A DNA stretch of 64,000 nucleotides from an uncultured bacterium (GTDB lineage Bacteria > Patescibacteriota > Minisyncoccia > CAIUEV01). Shown here in pieces: positions 1 to 9,598 of this stretch. Within the stretch, counting starts at the first letter, position 1. Every line of letters begins with the position of its first letter. A program made the position numbers and the translations under genes. The stretch is taken from assembly GCA_937952315.1 (NCBI GenBank), contig CALFZX010000016.1, positions 14,969 through 78,968 of the forward strand, written 5' to 3'. The notes under the pieces were generated by a model that was given only the letters and a program-made list of their open reading frames with translations, was not told where the DNA came from and made no database searches.

Positions 1-1
1 G

Positions 2-223
2 GACAGTTGTATTGATCCTTATACGGCTATTGGGAATGGCGTTACGGTTAAAGGAACGGAGGTTTCTCATTCGATTATTTGCGACGGAACTCAAATTTTA
101 GATTGCGGAGTGCGTGTTGTGGATAGTCTTATCGGTAGAAACTCAATAGTGAAGGCGGAGGATTATTCCCTACCTAGTGGACACAAGCTAGTTGTTGGGG
201 ATAATGCTCAAGTTGAACTTTGA
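2..223 (+). CDS. C-terminal end (partial) of probable long-form sugar-phosphate nucleotidyltransferase (glucose-1-phosphate thymidylyltransferase type)
   Basis: Hand translation from nt 2: DSCIDPYTAIGNGVTVKGTEVSHSII...VVDSLIGRNSIV...KLVVGDNAQVEL*. Resembles the beta-helix tail of this family. Confidence 0.65.
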   Translation, partial: DSCIDPYTAIGNGVTVKGTEVSHSIICDGTQILDCGVRVVDSLIGRNSIVKAEDYSLPSGHKLVVGDNAQVEL

Positions 224-253
224 TTAAAGAATTTCTAAAAAAGAAGAAAATTA

Positions 254-2605
254 ATGCAAAGCTATATTTATGTAGATATAGATGATGAAATTACTACTGT
301 TATCGGCAAACTCAAGGCCAACCAAGAGGGTCGTGAAGTTTTTTTGGTGGTGCCTAAAAGGGCCTTGATCGCTCAAAGTTTGGTTAATCTTCAATTGTTA
401 GATAAGGAAGCAAAAAAAATAGCTAAAAAATTAATTTTTGTTTCACCTGATGCTCACACCAGAAAAACGGCGGAGAAAGCCGGTTTGGAAGTAAAAAAAT
501 ATGTAGCCAAACCAGAAGAACCTCTGAAACAGGAGAATTCTCAACAAGTCGTTGTTCCCAGAAAACTTTCACCGGCCGAAGAGGAAGCTGCCAAGGAAGA
601 ACTTAATTTATTAATGGGTAAAAGCTTGCCAAAGCAGGAAAAAGGTCCAAAGCCGATCCCCGGTTTCAGCTTAAAGCCGACAACTTTTGTTGCCGGGTCT
701 TCTTTTGCTCCGCCTCGGCCGATCATTAACCAGCCGGCAAAGCCATTGGCTTCACCAGTGCTTGCTCCTCCCGCCTTATTAAATAAAAAAATTATTGATC
801 CGCTTATTCAAAATCAATTACAAGTTGAAAATTCCCAGCCAAAGTCGGAGGCTGAAGAAATAAAAAAACCGAAGCATCCGGTAATCGACTTAAGAAAGAA
901 GTCGAAGAATGAAGATCCTAAGCTATCTCTAACTAGTCAAACGACAAAATCCACCGTCGATCAAAAATTGGAGGAAAATCCGTTCAAAGTTCGATCAATC
1001 TTAAGCAAAGAGGAAGGAGCCGTAGCTCCTTTACTTCCTTCTTCGGGAGAGGCGTCTCGGCAACAACAGCCGGCTCAATTCTTAGAAAAAAAACAAAATT
1101 TGTCGAATCCGGTTGTTGATTTTCGCTCTCAAACAAAAGAATTGGCCAATTTGACTCTGAAAGAAAAAGAAAGATTGAGAGATTTGTGGATGGAAAACAA
1201 GGGAGTTGTCAGAGGAAAATTTGTTAAAAAACAGGGAAATATTGATTTAAAAAAGGAAGAGCAGAAAAAAATATCGACTTCCTCATCGTTTGAACAAAAC
1301 GATAGCGTAATCAAAACCACCAGGAGAATAGTCTCCGGAACAGGGAAAATAGTGGATTTAAGAGTGAAAAAAAATAGTTTAACGGGAGATCCGACAGTCG
1401 CCGGTCTAAAAAAAAAAGATCAACGAGAGATTGTTTTACCCGTGATTAATGTTCGTTTTTTTTCTTTTTTCATCTTGATTATTCTGGCAGTCTTGTTGAT
1501 AATTGGGGGGATTGTCCTGCCTAAGGCGGATGTTAGTGTAACTTCTAAAAATTTGGCCTCTGATTTTGAACTGGGCTTTAAAGTCAGCGGAGAAACGGCG
1601 GAAATTAACTTGGCGGAAAAAATTTTGCCGGGTAGTCCGGTTAGATTTAAACTAACTCAGGAGAACATATTTTCCGCTTCCGGAGAAAAAGAGGTAAAAG
1701 AAAAATCCAGGGGTCAAGTTACTTTCTATAATACTGGCGCATCGGCTATTGAAGTTAAGAAAAACACAATTATCACCGGAGATAAAGGCAGAAAATATTT
1801 TACCCTCTCTCCGATTAGCGTACCGGCCGCTTCGACTCCCGTTGCCACGGAAACAGCCGATAATTCTAACGACAATGCCTCTGTTGAATCTCAATCGGGA
1901 GAAGCTTCGGTTGAGATTGTCGCGGGTGATTTCGGTCCGGAATATGATTTAAAAAATGGGTCAACGGTGGAGATAGAAGAAGGCTTCGACAATGTTTCAG
2001 CTAAAATTACCAGGTCGCTGACCGGTGGGAAAGTTGAGAAAGTCAAAGTCGTTACGGAGGAAGACATAAATAAAGCCAAAGAGGAGTTGACGGCAAAAAT
2101 TCGGGAAAAGAGCGCTGAAGAGGCAAAAAAATATTTTGATTTCCAGAAGGGAGAGATCTTGTTTCCCAGCGAATCCGGCTTGGAAGAAATTTCATTTTCT
2201 TCGTCGAAGAACAAAGATGATATAGGCGAAAATTTTTCTGCGAAAATAGAAGGCTCTTTCTTCGCTCTAACTTTTTCCTCTTCAGACGCAGAAAGGATGG
2301 CGGAACAGGAGGTCGCCGGTGAGGATCAAAATAAAAAAGGTGAAATTTCCATCGTTAATTTTAAAGTGGTGAACTTTAATCCTCTGGAAAACCAAATGGA
2401 GATCAGCGGTAATTTTCAGCACAAAGAAAAAGCTGATCCGAAAAGCGAGGAGCTAAGAAGTTATTTGGTGGCGAAAAGTCGTAAGGAGGGTGAAGATTTT
2501 TTGAGTAGAAACAGCGATATTGAAAAATTCGAAATAAGAATATTTCCCGGTTGGCTTCCGTGGTTTCCTTTACTGGAAAAGAATATCGAAATAAAAATTG
2601 ACTAA
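254..2605 (+). CDS. Membrane-anchored protein with baseplate J/gp47-like C-terminal region (conserved CPR-type hypothetical)
   Basis: N-terminal IYVDIDDEITTVI...LVVPKRA...NLQLL motif, long Pro/Lys/Glu linker, one TM helix (~aa 403-423), then a beta-rich region (GQVTFYN, VEIVAGDFGPEYDL, LTGG..VVTEEDI). Confidence 0.55.
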   Translation: MQSYIYVDIDDEITTVIGKLKANQEGREVFLVVPKRALIAQSLVNLQLLDKEAKKIAKKLIFVSPDAHTRKTAEKAGLEVKKYVAKPEEPLKQENSQQVVVPRKLSPAEEEAAKEELNLLMGKSLPKQEKGPKPIPGFSLKPTTFVAGSSFAPPRPIINQPAKPLASPVLAPPALLNKKIIDPLIQNQLQVENSQPKSEAEEIKKPKHPVIDLRKKSKNEDPKLSLTSQTTKSTVDQKLEENPFKVRSILSKEEGAVAPLLPSSGEASRQQQPAQFLEKKQNLSNPVVDFRSQTKELANLTLKEKERLRDLWMENKGVVRGKFVKKQGNIDLKKEEQKKISTSSSFEQNDSVIKTTRRIVSGTGKIVDLRVKKNSLTGDPTVAGLKKKDQREIVLPVINVRFFSFFILIILAVLLIIGGIVLPKADVSVTSKNLASDFELGFKVSGETAEINLAEKILPGSPVRFKLTQENIFSASGEKEVKEKSRGQVTFYNTGASAIEVKKNTIITGDKGRKYFTLSPISVPAASTPVATETADNSNDNASVESQSGEASVEIVAGDFGPEYDLKNGSTVEIEEGFDNVSAKITRSLTGGKVEKVKVVTEEDINKAKEELTAKIREKSAEEAKKYFDFQKGEILFPSESGLEEISFSSSKNKDDIGENFSAKIEGSFFALTFSSSDAERMAEQEVAGEDQNKKGEISIVNFKVVNFNPLENQMEISGNFQHKEKADPKSEELRSYLVAKSRKEGEDFLSRNSDIEKFEIRIFPGWLPWFPLLEKNIEIKID

Positions 2606-4548
2606 TAGGGATTTTCTCCGTCCTTGATTACTCGGCTCATGAATTCGGTAACCGTCGGATCATCCTCTAAAAAAGTATTTTTCTTAACCGTTTTTGAGGT
2701 AATAGTCTCTTGAGTGAAAGTATCGATCGCTTTAAAATTAGATTCGCTGAACAATTCCATTGTTTTTCCGTAGTCATTTTCTGTCGGCGTAATGGCGATT
2801 TGAAAAACTAAATTGACTTCCGGTGTTTCGCTACCCGCTCCAGCCGGAATACGATCTTTGCTCCAAATAATTTCGCGAGTACCCGGCTTGTAAGTTACGC
2901 CGGTTTTTGTTGGAAAAACGCTATCCGTCCATTCAACCCCGAAAGGTAAAACCGATTTAACCTCGACACCCCTCAAGTCATTGAAAGCGTTGGTGACTCT
3001 CCAGTGAACGGTATAGGTGGTTTTTTTGCCAACGGTTGGCGGAAGCGGACCACTGTTGGGGATAGTTCCGTCGCTATAATAGACTTTAGTTTCAAATCCA
3101 ACGAAAGAACTCAGTTTGAATTCAAGATTTTTTCCAAGGACCACTTTGTTTGTTCCGACGGGCGTAGGCATCTCCGGACTCTCTATACTGACTTGGGTGG
3201 TGCCGGTAAAATTTGTCTTTTGATTGTCGGCGAAGGGAATAAAATCGGCTATTCTAACGGTAAAGGAAAGCCTGCCGGAAGAATTCGGCTTCAATACTGC
3301 GAGTTCGGGAGTTTTTCCACCCTGCCAAATGATTTCTTTGGTATTAGGGTCGAACCAGCCGTCGTTTTCCGGTTTGATGCCTTCTTTATAATCAAAAATA
3401 GCTCCGTTCAGTTTGACTTTTACCATGGCTTGGTTGATCGCCCTTTCAGAAGTATTTTGATATTTAATATCAACGCGAACCTCATCTTTTTTGTGAACAA
3501 TGCTTTGTCCGCTAATTATTTCTTGAGAAATAGTCACCGGCGGTTCAGTGATGCTGGAAACAGCGTCTTTCTTTATATATTCGCTGAACCCCTCATCGTT
3601 TTCTATGCCTACGGTGACATTAATGAATTTCTGATCGCCGGTTTTACCGTTGAGCTTGCCTTCGATAGTTAAAGTTTTTTCTTCGTTGCTGAGCAGGGTG
3701 GGGATTTTCCAATTATTTTTCTTTTCTCCCTCAAGTTCGGGATTACTTGTTATGAAGGAGAACCCCTGCGGATAAGTTATTTTGGCTACCAAGTTTTGAA
3801 AGGGCTCTTTGCCGTTGTTGCGAACACGAACTTGGTAATTAACCGCGTAACCGTCAGCAACAGTTCGCGTCGGCTCGATATTCAGACTGAGAGGGACACC
3901 GATAACTCGAGTGCTGCAAAAACTTTCGTTTTTAAATTCGGAATTAAAATTTTCCGGTGTATAGGAAAGAAAGCTTTTGAACTGAACGGAATCCTCATCT
4001 TTGCGAACAAAACGGCCTTTTATTTCGATTATTCCGTCCTGTTGAGCTTTTAAATCTGACAAGCTCCACTCAGCGATATTTTTATTTGTACTGTTGGCTT
4101 GAGGTTTGGTGCTGGCAAGGGAATAATTTGAAGGAAATTCCAGAGTGATTTTGGCATTTTTTGCATCTAGAGGATTGTTATTGGAATAAAGAAGATTGAT
4201 TACAAAATCCTCATTTATATTAACAGCCGAAGGAGCTTTAAGCTCTATTTTTACTTGCTCTTGCTTAAATTCTTGATAGGTAAAAAAATATACCAAATAA
4301 CCGCTGACGGCAATTAAAAACCCGCCCAGGAGAATCGACCCTATCAACATAAAAAGAGTTTTTTGTTTCTTGGTAGTGTTAGTCTCGATAACCCACTCGG
4401 AATCTTTATTTTTTTCATTGATTTTTTGACTGTCATCTGAGGACGGGGCGAGATTTGATCGAGGGTCGTAAGTGTCCAGCTTGGGCTTCCGACTTTCAAT
4501 ATCGCTTTGCTTTGAGTAAAGTTTTTGTCTTAAATCCTGAAGTTTCAT
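2602..4548 (-). CDS. Membrane-anchored Ig-like repeat (DUF11-like) surface protein
   Basis: One N-terminal TM, then repeated beta-sandwich motifs (Y.VRVRNNG...I.YP.GF, YTVHWRVTN, SGPLPP.VG). Confidence 0.55.
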   Translation of the reverse strand: MKLQDLRQKLYSKQSDIESRKPKLDTYDPRSNLAPSSDDSQKINEKNKDSEWVIETNTTKKQKTLFMLIGSILLGGFLIAVSGYLVYFFTYQEFKQEQVKIELKAPSAVNINEDFVINLLYSNNNPLDAKNAKITLEFPSNYSLASTKPQANSTNKNIAEWSLSDLKAQQDGIIEIKGRFVRKDEDSVQFKSFLSYTPENFNSEFKNESFCSTRVIGVPLSLNIEPTRTVADGYAVNYQVRVRNNGKEPFQNLVAKITYPQGFSFITSNPELEGEKKNNWKIPTLLSNEEKTLTIEGKLNGKTGDQKFINVTVGIENDEGFSEYIKKDAVSSITEPPVTISQEIISGQSIVHKKDEVRVDIKYQNTSERAINQAMVKVKLNGAIFDYKEGIKPENDGWFDPNTKEIIWQGGKTPELAVLKPNSSGRLSFTVRIADFIPFADNQKTNFTGTTQVSIESPEMPTPVGTNKVVLGKNLEFKLSSFVGFETKVYYSDGTIPNSGPLPPTVGKKTTYTVHWRVTNAFNDLRGVEVKSVLPFGVEWTDSVFPTKTGVTYKPGTREIIWSKDRIPAGAGSETPEVNLVFQIAITPTENDYGKTMELFSESNFKAIDTFTQETITSKTVKKNTFLEDDPTVTEFMSRVIKDGENPY

Positions 4549-4725
4549 TTTTTATTTTTAGGGTAATTTTATTTTATTTTAATTAAAAATTTCTAAAAAG
4601 GGAAATATAATTTTAAAATAGTTGAAGGTTTCTATTTTTAATTTAAGTTTTTTAGTTTGACATCGGAAAAATAAACCTGTAAACAGACTTATGACAGTCG
4701 GTTAGTGTTAAAGTTGAATTTCGAA

Positions 4726-4799
4726 GGCGACGTAGCTCAGTCGGTTAGAGCGAGGGACTCATAAGCCCTAGGTCGGAGGTTCGATTCCTCCCGTCGCTA
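4726..4799 (+). tRNA. tRNA-Met (CAT), probably elongator; CCA not encoded
   Basis: Cloverleaf with GGCGACG/CGTCGCT acceptor, GCTC/GAGC D arm, CT-CAT-AA loop and TTCGA T loop. Lacks the initiator 1:72 mismatch. Ile2 not excluded. Confidence 0.9.
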
Positions 4800-4862
4800 C
4801 TCGAGTATTTCGATTTTGAAATTTACGGACAGTGTCACTATAATATTTTACTTAAACATTCC

Positions 4863-5771
4863 ATGAAAGAGCAGAAAAAAAAGAAAAGCTACGAATTAAA
4901 CTGTCTTTTCGCGTTAAGTGATGGACAAAAAATTCAGACGATCAAGCAAAAAATAGTCGAGTGGACGAAAAAAAACGAGGGAGAAATGATTACCTTGGAA
5001 AAAACCGATGAAAACGGTAAAGTCGTCAAAGGTTCTTTTTGGGTTGAGAAAAAATATTTTGCTTATCCGATTAGAAAAAATAAAGCCGGTTTTTATTTAT
5101 ATACTTTTTTTGCTGTCGATCCCGCTCGAATTGACGATCTTTCCAGAATGTTAAAATTGGAATCGGGAGTTGTTAGATTTATGATTACAGACTCACAGAA
5201 TGTAGCAAAAATGATTCCCGTCGGAGCTGGCGAAATTGATTCCATTGAGGAATTGTCTTCTCGGGAAAAAGGTGAAGTTGAGAAAATTGAAAAAAATCAG
5301 GAGAAAGAAATTAACGCGGAGAAAAAAACAATCGAGGAGAATGAAGCTGAAGTGAAAAATTCCGTTGAGGAGAGCCCGGAGATTAAAAAAGAAATAATTA
5401 TCGCGGAAGAAATAGAAGAAACTCCAGAAAAACCTGAACCGATCGTTGAAAAAAAGGAGGAAGAAGATTCGAAAGAAGAGATTGACGAAATCGCAGAATT
5501 GAAAAAGGAAGAAGGCCCGGATAAAATTGAAAAAAACAATAACACGGTTGTCGTCGAAGAAAAAGAAGAATCCACAACCCAAAAAGAAGCTGAGGCGGAA
5601 AGCGAAACTGAAATCGAGAAACCTGCCAAAGAAGTAAAAAAAGAATCGGAAGGAGAAATTGAGAAAAGTGATGAAAAGACTGATAAGAAAAAAGATTCAA
5701 AGCAGAAAAAAATCAGCCTCGATGATTTGGACCGCCGACTGGATGATATTCTGAATGAAGAAATTCTCTAA
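4863..5771 (+). CDS. rpsF: 30S ribosomal protein S6 with ~190-aa Glu/Lys-rich C-terminal extension
   Basis: YEL...KKYFAYPIRKNKAGFY...LKLESGVVRFMI S6 signature; rpsF-ssb-rpsR order. Confidence 0.85.
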   Translation: MKEQKKKKSYELNCLFALSDGQKIQTIKQKIVEWTKKNEGEMITLEKTDENGKVVKGSFWVEKKYFAYPIRKNKAGFYLYTFFAVDPARIDDLSRMLKLESGVVRFMITDSQNVAKMIPVGAGEIDSIEELSSREKGEVEKIEKNQEKEINAEKKTIEENEAEVKNSVEESPEIKKEIIIAEEIEETPEKPEPIVEKKEEEDSKEEIDEIAELKKEEGPDKIEKNNNTVVVEEKEESTTQKEAEAESETEIEKPAKEVKKESEGEIEKSDEKTDKKKDSKQKKISLDDLDRRLDDILNEEIL

Positions 5772-5803
5772 GTTTGAAGAGCTAATTTTTCATTTTTAAT
5801 AAA

Positions 5804-6271
5804 ATGCCAATCTATCTCAACAAGGTGTTTGTTGTGGGCAGACTAACTAAAGATCCGGAAACAAAAAGTACGCCTAGCGGACAGAGAGTCACGGCTCTAA
5901 GTCTGGCTACCAATAGAGTTTTTAAAGATAAGGAAGGGAATAAACAGGAGCAGGCCGAGTTTCATAATGTTATTTTGTGGTCCAGATTGGCCGAAATAGC
6001 TTCACAGTATCTAATCAAAGGTCAAGAAGTGCTGATCGAAGGTCGTCTGCAGACCAGATCTTGGGATGGTAAGGATGGAGTTAAAAGATATCGAACCGAG
6101 ATTATTGCTGAGTCCCTTCAATTAGGTTCCAAGCCTGGTTCAAGTGCCGGAAATTCCAATTTTGGTGGCAATCAAAATTCGACGGAAAAAAAGAGCAACA
6201 ATGAGGAGAAAAAAAAGGAAGAGCCCGTTGAAGATGTCGAAGAGATAAAAATCGAGGATATTCCCTTTTAA
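5804..6271 (+). CDS. ssb: Single-stranded DNA-binding protein
   Basis: LNKVFVVGRLTKDPE, EGRLQTRSW, C-terminal DIPF. Confidence 0.97.
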   Translation: MPIYLNKVFVVGRLTKDPETKSTPSGQRVTALSLATNRVFKDKEGNKQEQAEFHNVILWSRLAEIASQYLIKGQEVLIEGRLQTRSWDGKDGVKRYRTEIIAESLQLGSKPGSSAGNSNFGGNQNSTEKKSNNEEKKKEEPVEDVEEIKIEDIPF

Positions 6272-6358
6272 CTCCCCAAGTTGATTTATTTGATTTATTG
6301 GTATAAATGGTTTATAAATAAACCCGAATTAAGTTTTTAAGTTTTTGATTTTTTATTT

Positions 6359-6613
6359 ATGTCGTTGAAGCCAGGAAGCAAAAAAAAGAAGAGCGCAAAT
6401 CAGCCGGAAGAGCGAAAAAAGTGTTATTTGTGCGAAAATAAGTTAGACTCTTTAGACTACAAAGATGTCGAAACTTTGAAAAAGTTTATTACTCTCCAAG
6501 GGAAGATTAAACCGCCCAGAAAAACCGGTACTTGCGCTCGACATCAGCGATTGGTGGCCAGAACAGTAAAAAGAGCGAGAACCCTGGCTATTCTGCCTGT
6601 CAAAAGAGGTTAG
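6359..6613 (+). CDS. rpsR: 30S ribosomal protein S18 (Zn-binding type)
   Basis: CYLC, LDYKDVETLKKFI, TGTCARHQR..VKRAR..LP. Confidence 0.96.
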   Translation: MSLKPGSKKKKSANQPEERKKCYLCENKLDSLDYKDVETLKKFITLQGKIKPPRKTGTCARHQRLVARTVKRARTLAILPVKRG

Positions 6614-6677
6614 TTCTCTCGTGAAGAAGTTTGTCTAATAGAATAAATTTTTTTAGGTAAAAAATAATAAAAAATTA

Positions 6678-7664
6678 GTGTTAAGATTGGAGATTTTTTT
6701 TTCAAAAAATAAAGTTTTTTTCTTTGCGGCGCTAACAGTTCTGTTTTTTATTGCTGTTATTTTGACAGGTTGGCTTTTTTATCTCAAATATCAAAAAAAT
6801 GAGACGAATCGAATTCAATTGGAGGAGGAAATTTCTTTATTGAAGGAAAAGTTAAATAGTCAGAGCAAAGAAGGTTATGGAATTGGAATCGAGGGAGGGG
6901 TCGGCTCCGGGTTACAACCTACCGATAGCCCCAACAGTATTTCAGTGCCGATGAATACCCAACCAATAAATATGAATAACGGAATGTCACCCGCCTCTAA
7001 CGGCGGTTCGTTTGGCCCTTCCGAACCGACGATGGACGGTTCTTCCGCCAGTCAAGCAAGCGCAACGGCTACTGAAGCTGGTTCTTCTCCGACGGAGTCA
7101 CCAAAGACCAAAATTGAAGAAACGAACGCTTTAAAAGTGGAAACTTGGAAAACCTATGAAAATAAAAAGTATAAATATTCTTTCAAATATCCATCCGAGT
7201 TTAATATCGGTGAGTGCTCGACGGAAACTGAACCGTGCAAGTTGGGAAAAATAGTTGAGTCGGACGGTGGCAACACGGTTGATATGTCCAGCAGTTTTGA
7301 CGGGCAAACTTGGCCGAGAATAACTTTAACTCATTTGGAGAGCGAAGAGTATAATTTGCCGGCAGACAAAAAATTAATTGATTGGGTAAAAGAAAAATTT
7401 CCAGCCGTTGCCACGGAGATGCCTAAAAGTTATAATATAAATATAAAATCTAAAAACGGCGGATCGGAAAAAGGATTAAAAGTTAAAATTAAAGATAGCG
7501 TCGGGTCGCCATCGCCTGATAGTAACAACACGGAGCAGGAAAATTATCATTACGAAGTTTTTGTTGAAAAAGGAAGTAAAATTTTCAAAATAAATCTTCA
7601 GGGAATAAATGGCCAGACGGCTAAAGATTTCTATGATGATTGGCTGGACGAAATAAAAATCTGA
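6678..7664 (+). CDS. Membrane-anchored hypothetical protein with PsbP-like C-terminal domain
   Basis: N-terminal TM, Ser/Pro/Thr linker, WKTYENKKYKYSFKYP motif. Confidence 0.5.
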   Translation: MLRLEIFFSKNKVFFFAALTVLFFIAVILTGWLFYLKYQKNETNRIQLEEEISLLKEKLNSQSKEGYGIGIEGGVGSGLQPTDSPNSISVPMNTQPINMNNGMSPASNGGSFGPSEPTMDGSSASQASATATEAGSSPTESPKTKIEETNALKVETWKTYENKKYKYSFKYPSEFNIGECSTETEPCKLGKIVESDGGNTVDMSSSFDGQTWPRITLTHLESEEYNLPADKKLIDWVKEKFPAVATEMPKSYNINIKSKNGGSEKGLKVKIKDSVGSPSPDSNNTEQENYHYEVFVEKGSKIFKINLQGINGQTAKDFYDDWLDEIKI

Positions 7665-7691
7665 AATCACGGTTAGTTGAAAGGCTCATTT

Positions 7692-7728
7692 TTAAAAAGC
7701 ATCGGCCGATAAATCCGATGCTTTTTAA
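7692..7728. terminator. Bidirectional intrinsic terminator
   Basis: TTAAAAAGCATCGG / CCGATGCTTTTTAA perfect 14-bp inverted repeat between convergent genes. Confidence 0.8.
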
Positions 7729-7751
7729 GAGAAACAGTTATGAACCTTCTT

Positions 7752-8591
7752 CTATTTACGACGGCTCTTGCGTCTGCGAACAATAAATTTGTTGGAAGCT
7801 TTTTTGGCTTTTCTGGTTTTAACGCCCTTGGCTAATTTTCCCCAAGGAGTCTTTGGTGCTTTCAATCCTATCGGCTGGTTACCCTCGCCTCCACCATGCG
7901 GATGATCTACCGGATTCATAACCTTGCCTCTAACTTGTGGACGACGGCCCAACCATCTTTTTCGGCCAGCTTTTCCTATGGTGATGGTGTTGTGTTCAAC
8001 ATTACTGACACGACCGATGGTAGCGAAACACTTATCGGGAAACATCCTAATTTCACTAGAGGGCATTTGTACGGTAGTGTAGCCATTTTCATTGGCCGTA
8101 ACAATACCGGCCGATCCGGCTGATCTGATAACCTGACCTCCCTTACCGGGGAGCATCTCGAGATTAAAAATTTCCGTTCCAACGGGAATATTCTTCAATT
8201 CCGTACGATTTCCTTTTCCGATTTCCGCCTTTGAAGAAAAGATTATCTTGTCGCCTATTTTAGCGTCTTGCCAAGCAATAACATATCTTTGCTCACCGTC
8301 ATTGAAGGCCAACAAAGCAATAAAACAAGTGCGATTCGGATCTTTTTCTACCGCAATAACTTTGGCCGGGATATCGTTTTTGATACATTTGAAATCAATA
8401 ATTCGGAATCTCCTCTTATGTCCCCCACCCCGATGTCTTATTGAAATTTTACCGGTTTTCATTCGACCAACATTACGGCTGTTCTTAACCAACAGTGACT
8501 TTTTCGGTTTCTTCTTCTTGTCGAATCCGGAGGCCACAAAAGACATTACTCTCTTGCCGTTATTCTTAATTTTCTTTATCTTGATAGCCAT
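7752..8591 (-). CDS. rplB: 50S ribosomal protein L2
   Basis: RHRGGGHKR, DPNR, VRGKVMNPVDHPHGGGEG. Confidence 0.99.
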   Translation of the reverse strand: MAIKIKKIKNNGKRVMSFVASGFDKKKKPKKSLLVKNSRNVGRMKTGKISIRHRGGGHKRRFRIIDFKCIKNDIPAKVIAVEKDPNRTCFIALLAFNDGEQRYVIAWQDAKIGDKIIFSSKAEIGKGNRTELKNIPVGTEIFNLEMLPGKGGQVIRSAGSAGIVTANENGYTTVQMPSSEIRMFPDKCFATIGRVSNVEHNTITIGKAGRKRWLGRRPQVRGKVMNPVDHPHGGGEGNQPIGLKAPKTPWGKLAKGVKTRKAKKASNKFIVRRRKSRRK

Positions 8592-8622
8592 ATAAATAAA
8601 TTAAATTGATTTGAGTAGAAAA

Positions 8623-8916
8623 CTATTTAGCTTTATTGAGGGATTGACCTTCCTTTAAAGTTACAATCGCTTTTTTCTTCTTGCTTCCCTTGAGACCTTC
8701 TCCGCCACGACGAGTAACTTTTTTTGGTTTTACCGCGATAAGATTGACTTTTGCGGGTAAAATGCCATAGATTTCTTTAATGGCTTGCTTCACCATGATT
8801 TTATTCGCATCTTTTTTAACCAAAAAAGTATATTTATTCAATTTCTCATTGCCAATCACCTTTTCAGTCATTAGAGGCTTTAAAATGATATCCTTGAGAG
8901 ATTTATTCTGTTCCAT
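8623..8916 (-). CDS. rplW: 50S ribosomal protein L23
   Basis: PLMTEK, YTFLV..ANK, KKAIVTL; position in S10 operon. Confidence 0.96.
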   Translation of the reverse strand: MEQNKSLKDIILKPLMTEKVIGNEKLNKYTFLVKKDANKIMVKQAIKEIYGILPAKVNLIAVKPKKVTRRGGEGLKGSKKKKAIVTLKEGQSLNKAK

Positions 8917-8934
8917 GGGCGTAATATAATTTAA

Positions 8935-9573
8935 CTAAATAGTTTTAAATCTTTCGCTAATCTTTTCTAAAGATTTTTTGTCGATCACTATATTCTTGAA
9001 AAGATAAAAATCTAATGAATTTAAGTTTTCGAAATCCTTCAATACCGTTTTTGGAAGATTTCCGGAAGCATTTTTTAAATTTTGCTTGTTGCCTTTATCT
9101 CCGACTACAAGCGTTTTTCCTTCTTTAATTCCCAAAGAGACGATTAAAGATTTAAAAACACGAGTTTTAGGTTGAATATTTTGCCAGTTTTCAACAACAA
9201 AAAGCTCCTTGCTGTCAATTTTTTTCTTGAGAGAAGTGAAAAAAAATTTTTTGGCGGTGCTGATATTGATTTTTTTAACAAAGTTTCTTTCTCCGGTTGG
9301 TCCGAAAGTTATTCCTCCACCGCGCCAAATAGGACTTCGATTAGAACCGGCACGAGCTCGCCCCGTCCCTTTCTGCTTCCAAGGCTTCTTTCCCCCACCG
9401 CGAACTTCAGCTTTACTTTTTACTTTTGCTTTATCCTTTCGGCCGTTATTTTTGATAATTGTAATGATCTCATGAGCTAAATTGGCATTCCATTTCAGAG
9501 AGAAAAAGCTCTCCGGCAGTGAGAGGGAATCAACTTCCTTACCTTCCAAATTATAGACTTTAATCTTTTCCAT
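8935..9573 (-). CDS. rplD: 50S ribosomal protein L4
   Basis: EVRGGGKKPWKQKGTGRARAGS.RSPIWRGGG. Confidence 0.98.
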   Translation of the reverse strand: MEKIKVYNLEGKEVDSLSLPESFFSLKWNANLAHEIITIIKNNGRKDKAKVKSKAEVRGGGKKPWKQKGTGRARAGSNRSPIWRGGGITFGPTGERNFVKKINISTAKKFFFTSLKKKIDSKELFVVENWQNIQPKTRVFKSLIVSLGIKEGKTLVVGDKGNKQNLKNASGNLPKTVLKDFENLNSLDFYLFKNIVIDKKSLEKISERFKTI

Positions 9574-9598
9574 CTGAAGCGATTATCGTTTTAAAATA

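Noticed and set aside
3004-5700. Long antisense ORFs (3004..3672, 5193..5582, 5297..5629, 5398..5700)
   Set aside because: Opposite well-supported genes; Phe/Ser-rich mirrors of Glu/Lys-rich coding sequence.
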